DNA from: Escherichia coli
Lineage (GTDB): Bacteria; Pseudomonadota; Gammaproteobacteria; Enterobacterales; Enterobacteriaceae
Length of the DNA: 64,000 bases
Reading direction: 5' to 3' (one strand)
NCBI RefSeq assembly: GCF_002854065.1
Contig: NZ_CP024147.1
Shown: positions 1-13,022 of the stretch, in pieces
Layout: every line of letters starts with the position of its first letter
Numbering within the stretch: position 1 is the stretch's first letter
Notes under the pieces: generated by a model
What the model saw: only the letters and a program-made list of their open reading frames with translations
Told to the model about the DNA's origin: nothing
Database searches by the model: none
Made by a program: the position numbers and the translations under genes

Positions 1-1262
1 CGCCTCCAGCAACAGTTGATCGAATTTTTCCCGCTCGGGGGAAACCAGACCGCAAGAGAGGCCAAAGCGGGTGTTGTTCGCCATCCTGATCGCCTCATCG
101 AAGGTGTCGTAACGCCAGACGCGCAATAGCGGCCCGAACACTTCTTCATCCGGCACGCCTGCAACACCCGTCATTTCAATAATCCCCGGCGTCAACAGCG
201 ATGTTCCTGCGCGCAGTAAACGTGGCGCAAGCAGCGTCCGTCCGCCCATCGCTTCCAGTTCCTGCCAGGCGGTAACCACCTGCTGTGCGGCCTGCTCAGA
301 AATCAGCCCGCCAATAAACGGCTGCGGTTCGTCGTCCCAGTTGCCCGGCGTTAACCTTTGGCTGACGGCAACCAGGCGGGCAAGAAATGCATCGCCCTGC
401 GCTCCACTTTTCAACAATAAACGGCGGGCGCAGGTGCAGCGTTGCCCGGCAGTGACAAATGCCGACTGAATGGTCAGATGGACAGCGGCATCGATATCCG
501 CCGCCTCATCGATAATTAGCGGGTTATTACCGCCCATCTCAAGGGCGAGAATTTTCTCCGGCTGACCGGAGAGCTGGCGATGCAGCTGGTAGCCGGTATT
601 GGCGCTACCGGTAAACAGCAAACCGTCGAGATCCTCCAGCGCACTCAGCGCCTGACCCGTTTCACGCCCGCCCTGCACCAGGTTCAGCACGCCCGGCGGC
701 AAGCCAGCCTGCTGCCATAAACGCATTACCGCTTCGCCACTCCACGGTGTCAGTTCGCTGGATTTAAAGATAATGGTGTTACCTGCCAGCAATGCCGGAA
801 CGATATGTCCGTTCGGCAAATGACCAGGGAAATTATACGGCCCAAACACCGCCAGCACGCCGTGCGGGCGATGTCGCAGGCTCGCCGCGCCGTCCGGCAT
901 TTCACTACGCTGCTCGCCGGTACGAACGTGATACGCCTTAATTGAAATCGCGATTTTATTGATCATCGCCGTCACTTCGGTTGCCGCTTCCCAGCGCGGC
1001 TTGCCGGTTTCTCGGGCAATGATTGCGGTTAATTCGGCTTTATTGCTTTCCAGCAATCCGGCAAAGCGTTCGACAACTGCCTGACGTTCAGCAAATGAGA
1101 GCCGCGCCCAGCGCGGAAACGCCGCACGGGCTGCGCGACAAGCCTGCCCGACCTGAACGGCATCGGCATCATTGCCTTGCCATAACACCTCGCCCGATAC
1201 CGGATTACGCTTCACACGCGATGCACCCTGGCCCGTTATCCAGTCACCGTTAATCCATAAAG

Positions 1263-1266
<4 letters not shown>
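1..1266 (-). CDS. astD: succinylglutamate-semialdehyde dehydrogenase, N-terminal ~420 codons (3' end lies beyond window start)
   Basis: Reverse-strand ATG at 1264-1266 gives [16 protein letters not shown]..., frame open to window edge; start overlaps astA stop (operon coupling). Confidence 0.85.
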
Positions 1267-3550
<2,284 letters not shown>

Positions 3551-3586
3551 TTAATAATAAGTAATGTTTGCGCTGTAAATGTAGAT

Positions 3587-3602
3587 TGCAGGGTTCGTGC
3601 CA
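3587..3602 (-). promoter_or_regulatory. sigma-54 (-24/-12) promoter element for astC
   Basis: Reverse complement reads TGGCACgaaccCTGCA, matching the TGGCAC-N5-TTGCA consensus, ~80 nt upstream of the astC ATG; astCADBE is known to be NtrC/sigma-54 and ArgR controlled. Confidence 0.5.
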
Positions 3603-3959
3603 GCCAGTGATAAAAGTGCATAAACCGCGGAGGCTAACTGGAAATCAAGGAGTTATAACCAAACCATATGCATTTAAAGTGCATATTAAGTGAATACGTT
3701 TGCGATGTGGGTGAATAAAAAGAATAAAAAACGCAATGTTATGCAGAAGTAAAATATAATTCTGGAATTGTGATCATTGACGAAATTTACTGGAAATTAC
3801 TGCGCCATTCTGACGCAGCGCGCACCAAAAGCGGGCATTTTTTGCGCCATCGTTGACATCATTAACAACCATCGATCAAATCACTTAACAACAGGCGGTA
3901 AGCAAAGCGAAATTCTGCTACCATCCACGCACTCTTTATCTGAATAAATGGCAGCGACT

Positions 3960-4766
3960 ATGAAATTTGTCTCTTTTAATATCAACGGCCTGCGCGCCAG
4001 ACCCCACCAGCTTGAAGCCATCGTCGAAAAGCACCAACCGGATGTGATTGGCCTGCAGGAGACAAAAGTTCATGACGATATGTTTCCGCTCGAAGAGGTG
4101 GCGAAGCTCGGCTACAACGTGTTTTATCACGGGCAGAAAGGCCATTATGGCGTGGCGCTGCTGACCAAAGAGACGCCGATTGCCGTGCGTCGCGGCTTTC
4201 CCGGTGACGACGAAGAGGCGCAGCGGCGGATTATTATGGCGGAAATCCCCTCACCGCTGGGTAATGTCACCGTGATCAACGGTTACTTCCCGCAGGGTGA
4301 AAGCCGCGACCATCCGATAAAATTCCCGGCAAAAGCGCAGTTTTATCAGAACCTGCAAAACTACCTGGAAACCGAACTCAAGCGTGAAAATCCGGTGCTG
4401 ATTATGGGCGATATGAATATCAGTCCTGGCGACCTGGATATTGGCATTGGCGAAGAGAACCGTAAGCGCTGGCTGCGTACCGGAAAATGTTCTTTCCTTC
4501 CGGAGGAACGCGAATGGATGGAGAGACTGATGAGCTGGGGATTGGTTGATACCTTCCGCCATGCGAATCCCCAAACAGCAGATCGTTTCTCATGGTTTGA
4601 TTACCGCTCAAAAGGTTTTGACGATAACCGTGGTCTGCGCATCGACCTGCTGCTCGCCAGCCAACCGCTGGCAGAATGTTGCGTAGAAACCGGCATCGAC
4701 TATGAAATCCGCAGCATGGAAAAACCGTCCGATCACGCCCCCGTCTGGGCGACCTTCCGCCGCTAA
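3960..4766 (+). CDS. xthA: exodeoxyribonuclease III (268 aa)
   Basis: [36 protein letters not shown]... within ORF 3948..4766; start taken at the internal ATG giving 268 aa. Confidence 0.9.
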   Translation: MKFVSFNINGLRARPHQLEAIVEKHQPDVIGLQETKVHDDMFPLEEVAKLGYNVFYHGQKGHYGVALLTKETPIAVRRGFPGDDEEAQRRIIMAEIPSPLGNVTVINGYFPQGESRDHPIKFPAKAQFYQNLQNYLETELKRENPVLIMGDMNISPGDLDIGIGEENRKRWLRTGKCSFLPEEREWMERLMSWGLVDTFRHANPQTADRFSWFDYRSKGFDDNRGLRIDLLLASQPLAECCVETGIDYEIRSMEKPSDHAPVWATFRR

Positions 4767-4932
4767 TTTAGCAGCTCTCCTGGCTCAAACTGGGTCAGGA
4801 GAATTAACCTTGAGAAAAATCAACAAACTGTCAGTAATGATTTGTTGCCTGCCGTCCTTTGTTATACCGTCACTGCGTTTTTAGTTGTCTGACCACTTCT
4901 CTATTATCAAGTTTGATATAGGAAACACCACG

Positions 4933-5643
4933 ATGAACGCTGAGCGTAAATTTCTGTTTGCCTGTCTTATTTTTGCGCTGGTCATTTACGCTATCCACGC
5001 TTTCGGTTTATTCGATCTGCTCACCGATTTACCCCACTTACAGACACTCATCCGCCAGAGCGGATTGTTCGGTTATAGCCTCTATATTCTGTTATTCATC
5101 ATTGCCACCCTCTTTCTGTTACCAGGAAGCATACTGGTGATCGCGGGAGGAATAGTTTTTGGCCCGCTCTTAGGGACACTACTCTCATTAATTGCCGCAA
5201 CGCTGGCCTCCTCGTGCTCATTCCTGCTGGCGCGCTGGCTGGGACGTGATTTACTGCTGAAATACGTTGGCCATAGCCATACCTTCCAGGCCATTGAAAA
5301 AGGCATTGCGCGTAATGGTATTGATTTTCTTATTCTGACCCGCTTAATCCCGTTGTTTCCTTACAATATTCAAAATTACGCTTACGGATTAACCACAATC
5401 GCCTTCTGGCCTTATACCCTTATTTCGGCACTCACGACCCTGCCCGGTATTGTTATTTATACCGTGATGGCAAGCGATCTCGCCAATGAAGGCATTACGC
5501 TGCGCTTTATTTTACAACTCTGTCTGGCGGGCCTGGCGCTGTTTATTCTCGTCCAGCTCGCCAAACTCTACGCCCGACACAAACATGTGGATCTGTCTGC
5601 TTCGCGCCGCAACCCACTTACTCACCCAAAAAATGAAGGATAG
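4933..5643 (+). CDS. ydjX: DedA/TVP38-family inner membrane protein (236 aa)
   Basis: ORF 4885..5643; start at MNAERKFLFACLIF gives 236 aa; multiple hydrophobic helices. Confidence 0.8.
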   Translation: MNAERKFLFACLIFALVIYAIHAFGLFDLLTDLPHLQTLIRQSGLFGYSLYILLFIIATLFLLPGSILVIAGGIVFGPLLGTLLSLIAATLASSCSFLLARWLGRDLLLKYVGHSHTFQAIEKGIARNGIDFLILTRLIPLFPYNIQNYAYGLTTIAFWPYTLISALTTLPGIVIYTVMASDLANEGITLRFILQLCLAGLALFILVQLAKLYARHKHVDLSASRRNPLTHPKNEG

Positions 5644-5647
5644 AACG

Positions 5648-6325
5648 ATGTTGCAACATTATTCAGTGTCATGGAAAAAAGGACTGGCTGCACTCTGCTT
5701 ACTGGCTGTTGCTGGGCTTAGCGGCTGCGATCAAAAAGAGAATGCGGCGGCAAAAGTGGAATACGACGGACTTTCGAACAGCCAACCGCTGCGCGTCGAT
5801 GCCAATAACCATACGGTAACCATGCTGGTGCAAATTAATGGTCGTTTCCTCACCGACGACACTCGTCACGGTATTGTGTTTAAAGATGGCTCCAACGGAC
5901 ATAAATCGCTGTTTATGGGTTATGCGACCCCGAAAGCATTTTATGAAGCCCTGAAAGAGGCAGGTGGTACACCGGGCGAAAACATGACGATGGATAATAA
6001 AGAAACGACTCATGTCACGGGCAGCAAACTGGATATTTCGGTCAACTGGCAAGGGGCGGCAAAAACGTATTCCTTCGATGAAGTGATTGTTGACAGTAAT
6101 GGCAAGAAACTGGACATGCGCTTTGGCGGTAATTTAACGGCAGCAGAAGAGAAGAAAACGGGTTGCCTGGTATGTCTGGATAGCTGCCCAGTCGGTATCG
6201 TCAGCAATGCGACATACACTTATGGTGCGGTCGAAAAACGCAGCGAAGTGAAATTCAAAGGTAATGCGTCGGTTCTCCCGGCCGATAACACGCTGGCAAC
6301 GGTTACCTTTAAAATCGCCGAATAA
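5648..6325 (+). CDS. ydjY: lipoprotein with Cys-rich motif (225 aa)
   Basis: ORF 5486..6325; start at MLQHYSVSWKKGLAALCLLAVAGLSGC (signal peptide plus lipobox LSGC); CLVCLDSCP motif near C-terminus. Confidence 0.75.
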   Translation: MLQHYSVSWKKGLAALCLLAVAGLSGCDQKENAAAKVEYDGLSNSQPLRVDANNHTVTMLVQINGRFLTDDTRHGIVFKDGSNGHKSLFMGYATPKAFYEALKEAGGTPGENMTMDNKETTHVTGSKLDISVNWQGAAKTYSFDEVIVDSNGKKLDMRFGGNLTAAEEKKTGCLVCLDSCPVGIVSNATYTYGAVEKRSEVKFKGNASVLPADNTLATVTFKIAE

Positions 6326-6340
6326 CAACCTTGATTAAGG

Positions 6341-7048
6341 ATGATGAAGATGCAATCGCGTAAAATCTGGTACTACCGTGCCACCATCATCATCCTGTTG
6401 TTCGCTACGCTGCTTGCATGGGCGCTGCTTCCGGGCGTCCATGATTTTATCAATCACAGCGTTGCGGCGTTTGCCGCTGTGGACCAACAGGGTATTGAAC
6501 GTTTTATTCAGTCTTACGGCACGCAGGCGGCTGTCGTCTCATTCTTTTTGATGATTTTGCAGGCCATTGCCGCGCCGCTACCCGCATTCTTGATTACTTT
6601 TGCTAACGCATCACTTTTTGGCGCATTCTGGGGCGGCGTGCTGTCGTGGACCAGTTCTATGGCTGGCGCGGCGCTATGCTTCTTTATCGCCAGAATAATG
6701 GGCCGTGAAGTGGTGGAAAAGTTAACAGGCAAAACGGTACTCGACAGCATGGACGGCTTTTTTACCCGCTACGGCAAACACACCATTCTGGTATGTCGGT
6801 TATTGCCTTTTGTCCCTTTCGATCCAATCAGCTATGCTGCCGGTTTGACTTCAATACGTTTTCGCCAGTTTTTTATCGCCACCGGGCTCGGTCAGTTACC
6901 GGCGACCATTGTCTATTCCTGGGCGGGTAGCATGTTAACGGGTGGTGCATTCTGGTTTGTCACCGGACTGTTTATTCTGTTTGCCCTGACCGTGGTGATT
7001 TTTATGGCGAAAAAAGTATGGCTTGAACGCCAGAAGAGGAATGCCTGA
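6341..7048 (+). CDS. ydjZ: DedA/TVP38-family inner membrane protein (235 aa)
   Basis: ORF track 6341..7048; hydrophobic, paralogous in pattern to ydjX. Confidence 0.8.
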   Translation: MMKMQSRKIWYYRATIIILLFATLLAWALLPGVHDFINHSVAAFAAVDQQGIERFIQSYGTQAAVVSFFLMILQAIAAPLPAFLITFANASLFGAFWGGVLSWTSSMAGAALCFFIARIMGREVVEKLTGKTVLDSMDGFFTRYGKHTILVCRLLPFVPFDPISYAAGLTSIRFRQFFIATGLGQLPATIVYSWAGSMLTGGAFWFVTGLFILFALTVVIFMAKKVWLERQKRNA

Positions 7049-7596
7049 TGGGGTTACCACCGCTTAGCAAAATTCCTTTAATTTTACGCCCGCAGGCGTG
7101 GCTGCATCGTCGCCATTACGGTGAGGTGCTAAGTCCAATTCGCTGGTGGGGGCGAATTCCGTTTATCTTTTATCTGGTGTCGATGTTTGTCGGTTGGCTG
7201 GAGCGCAAACGCTCACCGCTCGATCCAGTGGTGCGATCGCTTGTCAGCGCGCGTATTGCGCAAATGTGCTTGTGTGAGTTTTGCGTGGATATCACCAGTA
7301 TGAAAGTCGCCGAGCGTACCGGCAGCACCGATAAACTGCTGGCAGTGGCTGACTGGCGGCAAAGCCCGCTCTTCAGCGACGAAGAGCGGCTGGCGCTGGA
7401 GTACGCCGAAGCCGCCAGCGTTACGCCGCCAACTGTGGATGATGCCCTGCGCACCCGACTGGCTACACATTTTGACGCTCAGGCACTCACCGAGCTTACG
7501 GCTTTGATCGGCTTACAAAACCTGTCGGCTCGTTTTAATTCTGCCATGGACATTCCTGCCCAGGGGCTGTGCCGACTTCCTGAAAAACGTTCTTAA
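7048..7596 (+). CDS. ynjA: AhpD-like / carboxymuconolactone decarboxylase family protein (182 aa)
   Basis: ORF track 7048..7596; ATG overlaps ydjZ stop (TGATG). Confidence 0.75.
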   Translation: MGLPPLSKIPLILRPQAWLHRRHYGEVLSPIRWWGRIPFIFYLVSMFVGWLERKRSPLDPVVRSLVSARIAQMCLCEFCVDITSMKVAERTGSTDKLLAVADWRQSPLFSDEERLALEYAEAASVTPPTVDDALRTRLATHFDAQALTELTALIGLQNLSARFNSAMDIPAQGLCRLPEKRS

Positions 7597-7602
7597 GGAG
7601 AG

Positions 7603-8772
7603 ATGATGCGCCATTATGTGTGGTTGCTGGGAATGTTATCGCTGTTTTCTTTGACAACGCATGCCAGCGACTGGCAGGAAATTAAAAACGAAGCCAAAGG
7701 GGAAACCGTCTGGTTTAACGCCTGGGGCGGCGACACCGCGATTAATCGCTATCTCGACTGGGTTAGCGGTGAGATGAAAACGCATTACGATATAAACCTG
7801 AAGATTGTTCGTCTGGCGGATGCCGCAGACGCGGTGAAGCGCATTCAGACCGAAGCTGCTGCCGGACGTAAAACGGGCGGCTCGGTGGATCTGCTCTGGG
7901 TGAACGGCGAAAACTTCCGCACCTTAAAAGAGGCCAAGTTATTACAAACGGGCTGGGCGGAGACTCTGCCCAACTGGCGCTATGTCGACACACAGCTGCC
8001 GGTGCAGGAAGATTTTTCAGTGCCTACAGAAGGGGCTGAATCGCCCTGGGGGGGCGCACAACTGACATTTATCGCCCGCCGCGATGTTACGCCACAGCCA
8101 CCACAAACGCCGCAAGCCTTACTGGAGTTTGCTAAAGCCAATCCCGGCACGGTTACCTATCCGCGCCCACCGGACTTTACCGGCACGGCGTTTCTTGAAC
8201 AGTTGCTGATTATGCTGACGCCCGATCCCGCCGCATTAAAAGAAGCGCCGGACGATGCAACTTTCGCCCGTGTCACTGCTCCCTTGTGGCAATATCTTGA
8301 TGCGCTGCATCCGTATTTGTGGCGCGAAGGAAAGGATTTCCCGCCTTCGCCCGCGCGGATGGATGCTCTGCTGAAAGCCGGAACATTGCGCCTGTCGCTG
8401 ACCTTTAACCCCGCGCATGCGCAGCAAAAAATCGCCAGCGGCGATTTGCCTGCAAGCAGTTACAGTTTTGGCTTTCGTGAGGGGATGATTGGCAACGTGC
8501 ATTTCGTCACCATTCCTGCCAACGCGAATGCCAGTGCTGCGGCGAAGGTAGTTGCCAATTTCTTGCTCTCACCCGATGCGCAATTGCGTAAAGCAGATCC
8601 CGCTGTCTGGGGCGATCCTTCTGTTCTCGATCCGCAAAAACTGCCTGATGGGCAGCGCGAAACATTGCAATCAAGAATGCCGCAAGATCTGCCGCCGGTA
8701 CTGGCTGAACCGCACGCAGGTTGGGTAAATGCGCTGGAACAAGAATGGCTACACCGTTACGGTACGCATTAA
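7603..8772 (+). CDS. ynjB: ABC transporter periplasmic substrate-binding protein (389 aa)
   Basis: ORF track 7603..8772; AAGGAG RBS; N-terminal signal peptide MMRHYVWLLGMLSLFSLTTHA. Confidence 0.8.
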   Translation: MMRHYVWLLGMLSLFSLTTHASDWQEIKNEAKGETVWFNAWGGDTAINRYLDWVSGEMKTHYDINLKIVRLADAADAVKRIQTEAAAGRKTGGSVDLLWVNGENFRTLKEAKLLQTGWAETLPNWRYVDTQLPVQEDFSVPTEGAESPWGGAQLTFIARRDVTPQPPQTPQALLEFAKANPGTVTYPRPPDFTGTAFLEQLLIMLTPDPAALKEAPDDATFARVTAPLWQYLDALHPYLWREGKDFPPSPARMDALLKAGTLRLSLTFNPAHAQQKIASGDLPASSYSFGFREGMIGNVHFVTIPANANASAAAKVVANFLLSPDAQLRKADPAVWGDPSVLDPQKLPDGQRETLQSRMPQDLPPVLAEPHAGWVNALEQEWLHRYGTH

Positions 8773-10280
8773 TCTTTTTGCTGTGGGCGATGGTGGCGGT
8801 GATTTATGCACCGCTGATCCCGGCAGCTCTCACGCTGATATCGCCTGCTTTGTCGTTGACACACTGGCAGGCGTTATTTGCCGATCCACAGTTACCGCAG
8901 GCATTACTGGCAACGCTGGTGTCGACAACCATCGCGGCGGTCGGGGCGTTGTTGATTGCCCTGCTGGTGATTGTGGCGCTGTGGCCTGGGCCGAAATGGC
9001 AGCGTATGTGCACCCGTCTGCCGTGGCTGCTCGCCATTCCCCATGTGGCTTTTGCCACCAGCGCCCTTCTGCTCTTTGCTGACGGAGGGCTGCTTTATGA
9101 CTATTTCCCGTATTTCACTCCGCCAATGGACAAATTGGGTATTGGGCTGGGCTTCACGCTGGCGGTGAAAGAAAGCGCATTTCTGCTGTGGATCTTAGCA
9201 GCAGTATTGAGCGAAAAACGGCTGTTGCAGCAGGTCATTGTGCTGGATTCGCTGGGCTACAGCCGCTGGCAATGCCTGAACTGGCTGCTGTTGCCCTCTG
9301 TCGCGCCTGCGCTGGCAATGGCGATGCTGGCGATTGTCGCCTGGTCGCTGTCGGTCGTGGATGTGGCGATTATTCTTGGGCCAGGTAATCCACCGACGCT
9401 GGCAGTAATTAGCTGGCAGTGGTTAACTCAGGGCGACGCCGATCAACAAACGAAAGGCGCACTCGCCAGCCTGCTGCTGATGTTGTTACTCGCCGCCTAC
9501 GTTTTGCTAGGCTATCTGCTATGGTGTACCTGGCGGCGTACTATTCCCCGCGTAGATGGCGTTCGTAAGCCTGCCACGCCTTTATTGCCAGGCATTACGC
9601 TGGCGAGTTTTTTACCCTTGACCGGTGTGCTGTGTGTGGTTCTGCTGGCGATCCTCGCGGATCAGTCGACGATCAATAGTGAAGCGCTCATCAACAGCCT
9701 GACAATGGGGCTGGTGGCGACATTCATCGCTTTGCTCCTGTTACTGCTGTGGCTGGAATGGGGGCCACAGCGTCGCCAGTTGTGGCTATGGTTGCCCATT
9801 TTATTACCCGCTCTGCCACTGGTGGCGGGCCAGTACACGCTGGCGCTATGGCTGAACCTGGATAGGAGCTGGACGGCGGTGGTCTGGGGGCATCTGCTGT
9901 GGGTAATTCCGTGGATGCTGTTTATCCTGCAACCCGCCTGGCAGCGCATTGATTCACGGTTAATTTTGATTGCACAAACACTGGGCTGGTCGCGGGCCAA
10001 AATCTTCTTTTACGTGAAATGCCCACTCATGTTGCGCCCTACGCTGATTGCCTTCGCGGTGGGATTTTCAGTCAGTATTGCGCAGTATATGCCGACGCTG
10101 TGGCTGGGCGCGGGGCGTTTTCCGACGCTCACCACTGAGGCGGTGGCATTAAGCAGCGGCGGCAGCAACGGTATTCTCGCCGCCCAGGCTTTATGGCAAC
10201 TGCTATTACCGCTTATTATTTTTGCCCTGACCGCGTTAGTCGCAAAATGGGTAGGTTATGTCAGACAAGGACTCCGCTAA
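8745..10280 (+). CDS. ynjC: ABC transporter permease, two-domain (511 aa)
   Basis: ORF 8721..10280; start placed at MATPLRYALIFLL; very hydrophobic; overlaps ynjB 3' end by 28 nt. Confidence 0.75.
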   Translation: MATPLRYALIFLLWAMVAVIYAPLIPAALTLISPALSLTHWQALFADPQLPQALLATLVSTTIAAVGALLIALLVIVALWPGPKWQRMCTRLPWLLAIPHVAFATSALLLFADGGLLYDYFPYFTPPMDKLGIGLGFTLAVKESAFLLWILAAVLSEKRLLQQVIVLDSLGYSRWQCLNWLLLPSVAPALAMAMLAIVAWSLSVVDVAIILGPGNPPTLAVISWQWLTQGDADQQTKGALASLLLMLLLAAYVLLGYLLWCTWRRTIPRVDGVRKPATPLLPGITLASFLPLTGVLCVVLLAILADQSTINSEALINSLTMGLVATFIALLLLLLWLEWGPQRRQLWLWLPILLPALPLVAGQYTLALWLNLDRSWTAVVWGHLLWVIPWMLFILQPAWQRIDSRLILIAQTLGWSRAKIFFYVKCPLMLRPTLIAFAVGFSVSIAQYMPTLWLGAGRFPTLTTEAVALSSGGSNGILAAQALWQLLLPLIIFALTALVAKWVGYVRQGLR

Positions 10281-10933
10281 TGCTCTGCGTGAAAAATGTT
10301 TCGCTACGTTTACCAGAAAGTTGCTTGCTGACAAACGTTAACTTTACGGTGGATAAAGGTGACATTGTCACGTTAATGGGGCCGTCTGGCTGTGGAAAAT
10401 CCACTCTGTTTTCATGGATGATTGGTGCACTGGCTGGACAGTTTTCTTGTACAGGTGAGCTATGGCTCAATGAGCAACGGATTGACATGCTACCCACCGC
10501 ACAGCGTCAGATTGGCATTCTTTTTCAGGATGCACTGTTATTTGACCAGTTCAGTGTCGGGCAAAATTTACTGCTGGCGCTACCGGCGACACTTAAGGGG
10601 AATGCCCGACGTAATGCCGTGAATGATGCACTTGAGCGTTCAGGCCTTGACGGAGCTTTCCATCAGGATCCTGCCACTTTGTCTGGCGGTCAGCGAGCGC
10701 GCGTTGCTCTGCTTCGCGCCCTTCTCGCTCAGCCAAAAGCGTTGCTACTGGATGAGCCATTCAGCCGTCTTGATGTGGCTCTGCGTGATAATTTTCGCCA
10801 GTGGGTGTTCAGCGAAGTTCGCGAACTGGCGATCCCCGTCGTTCAGGTAACGCACGATCTCCAGGATGTTCCTGCTGATAGTTCTGTTCTGGATATGGCG
10901 CAGTGGTCAGAAAATTACAACAAACTGCAATAA
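10280..10933 (+). CDS. ynjD: ABC transporter ATP-binding protein (217 aa)
   Basis: Walker A GPSGCGKST, signature LSGGQRARV, Walker B LLLDEP; ATG overlaps ynjC TAA (TAATG). Confidence 0.8.
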   Translation: MLCVKNVSLRLPESCLLTNVNFTVDKGDIVTLMGPSGCGKSTLFSWMIGALAGQFSCTGELWLNEQRIDMLPTAQRQIGILFQDALLFDQFSVGQNLLLALPATLKGNARRNAVNDALERSGLDGAFHQDPATLSGGQRARVALLRALLAQPKALLLDEPFSRLDVALRDNFRQWVFSEVRELAIPVVQVTHDLQDVPADSSVLDMAQWSENYNKLQ

Positions 10934-10999
10934 CGCAAAGTTTTTCTCAATGCGTCAGTTCAGAATGGCGCACTCAAAACTACAATGTCGGGATTTTCG

Positions 11000-12307
11000 A
11001 TGAAACGTGTTTCTCAAATGACCGCGCTGGCAATGGCTTTAGGGCTGGCTTGCGCTTCTTCGTGGGCCGCTGAACTGGCGAAGCCTCTTACACTTGACCA
11101 GCTTCAACAACAAAATGGCAAAGCGATAGATACTCGCCCCAGCGCGTTTTATAACGGCTGGCCACAAACCTTAAATGGCCCTTCTGGTCATGAACCTGCC
11201 GCCTTAAACCTCTCTGCTAGCTGGCTTGACAAAATGAGCACCGAACAGCTCAACGCGTGGATCAAGCAACATAACCTGAGAGCCGATGCCCCGGTGGCGC
11301 TGTACGGTAATGGCAAAGATGTCGACGCCGTCAAAACGCGACTGCAAAAAGCAGGTTTTACGCATATCTCCATTCTGAGTGACGCGCTAAGCGAACCTTC
11401 CCGTCTGCAAAAACTGCCGCATTTTGAGCAGCTGGTTTATCCGCAATGGCTGCATGACCTGCAACAAGGTAAAGAGGTTACGGCGAAACCTGCCGGTGAC
11501 TGGAAAGTCATTGAAGCGGCCTGGGGCACTCCTAAGCTTTACCTTATCAGCCATATTCCCGGCGCTGACTACATCGATACCAACGAAGTGGAAAGCGAAC
11601 CGCTGTGGAACAAAGTTTCTGATGAACAACTAAAAGCGATGCTGGCAAAACACGGCATTCGCCATGACACCACGGTCATTCTGTACGGGCGTGACGTATA
11701 CGCTGCAGCGCGTGTGGCGCAGATTATGCTGTATGCAGGCGTGAAAGATGTGCGCCTGCTGGATGGCGGCTGGCAAACCTGGTCCGACGCGGGTCTGCCC
11801 GTTGAGCGCGGTACGCCACCGAAAGTGAAAGCGGAACCGGATTTCGGCGTGAAGATCCCGGCGCAACCGCAGTTGATGCTCGATATGGAACAGGCCCGTG
11901 GACTGCTGCATCGCCAGGATGCATCGCTGGTGAGCATTCGTTCGTGGCCAGAATTTATCGGTACGACCAGCGGTTACAGCTATATTAAACCAAAAGGTGA
12001 AATAGCCGGAGCACGTTGGGGACACGCTGGTAGCGACTCGACGCATATGGAAGATTTCCATAACCCGGATGGCACCATGCGTAGCGCCGATGATATTACC
12101 GCTATGTGGAAAGCATGGAATATCAAACCAGATCAGCAAGTTTCATTCTACTGCGGCACCGGCTGGCGCGCGTCCGAAACCTTTATGTACGCACGAGCAA
12201 TGGGCTGGAATAACGTCTCCGTTTACGACGGCGGCTGGTACGAATGGAGCAGCGATCCAAAAAATCCGGTAGCAACCGGTGAACGCGGCCCGGACAGCAG
12301 CAAATAA
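11000..12307 (+). CDS. ynjE: periplasmic sulfurtransferase with rhodanese domains (435 aa)
   Basis: ORF 10985..12307; signal peptide; rhodanese-type active-site Cys (FYCGTGWRAS). Confidence 0.8.
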   Translation: MKRVSQMTALAMALGLACASSWAAELAKPLTLDQLQQQNGKAIDTRPSAFYNGWPQTLNGPSGHEPAALNLSASWLDKMSTEQLNAWIKQHNLRADAPVALYGNGKDVDAVKTRLQKAGFTHISILSDALSEPSRLQKLPHFEQLVYPQWLHDLQQGKEVTAKPAGDWKVIEAAWGTPKLYLISHIPGADYIDTNEVESEPLWNKVSDEQLKAMLAKHGIRHDTTVILYGRDVYAAARVAQIMLYAGVKDVRLLDGGWQTWSDAGLPVERGTPPKVKAEPDFGVKIPAQPQLMLDMEQARGLLHRQDASLVSIRSWPEFIGTTSGYSYIKPKGEIAGARWGHAGSDSTHMEDFHNPDGTMRSADDITAMWKAWNIKPDQQVSFYCGTGWRASETFMYARAMGWNNVSVYDGGWYEWSSDPKNPVATGERGPDSSK

Positions 12308-12315
12308 CATTGCAA

Positions 12316-12942
12316 TTACTGACGCTGGAGCGACTTCAGCGTCAGATACCCACTCCACACCCGCGTAAAGGTCGTCATCCAGCACAACGCACCGAAGATC
12401 CACGCAAACCACGCAAACCATGCAGGGAATAAACATCCCAGCACAAACAGTAAGATCGTTTCTGTGCCTTCGGTTAATCCCCCCAGATAATAAAACGATT
12501 TATGCGCATAACCGGGATTATCAATCTGATGTTTCGCCGCCAGCGCAGCAAAAGCGAGAAAACTGCTACCCGTGCCGATAAACGCAAATAGCAGCCAGCC
12601 GCCTGCCAGGGCGTTTTGCTGCGGTGCGGCGAGGATAAACCCAAAAGGCACCAGCGCGTAAAAAAGAAAATCGAGAGAAATATCAAGAAAGCCGCCCGCG
12701 TCGGTAAGCCCTCTGCGCCGCGCCAGCGCACCGTCCAGACCATCAAGCAGCCTGTTCAACAAAATGACGACTAGCGCCGCCAGATACCAGCCCAGCGCCA
12801 GAAACGGCAGAGCCAGCACGCCGATGGCAAATCCCACTAATGTTAAACCATCTGGCGTAATGCCCGGTTTATCAAGAACCCGCACGCACTGATGCAACAA
12901 CGGTTTAATCCGGGGATGAAGATGGCGGTCTAGCACAGGCAC
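12316..12942 (-). CDS. ynjF: CDP-alcohol phosphatidyltransferase family membrane protein (208 aa)
   Basis: ORF track 12316..12942; D-G-x2-A-R...G motif (DGLDGALARRRG). Confidence 0.75.
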   Translation of the reverse strand: MPVLDRHLHPRIKPLLHQCVRVLDKPGITPDGLTLVGFAIGVLALPFLALGWYLAALVVILLNRLLDGLDGALARRRGLTDAGGFLDISLDFLFYALVPFGFILAAPQQNALAGGWLLFAFIGTGSSFLAFAALAAKHQIDNPGYAHKSFYYLGGLTEGTETILLFVLGCLFPAWFAWFAWIFGALCWMTTFTRVWSGYLTLKSLQRQ

Positions 12943-13022
12943 TCCTTAAATATAAAGCCTTTCTGATTGAGCAACAGTGCGGATATTATGGCATTTTTCG
13001 CTTATCTGCCCGTGTGTAATTT

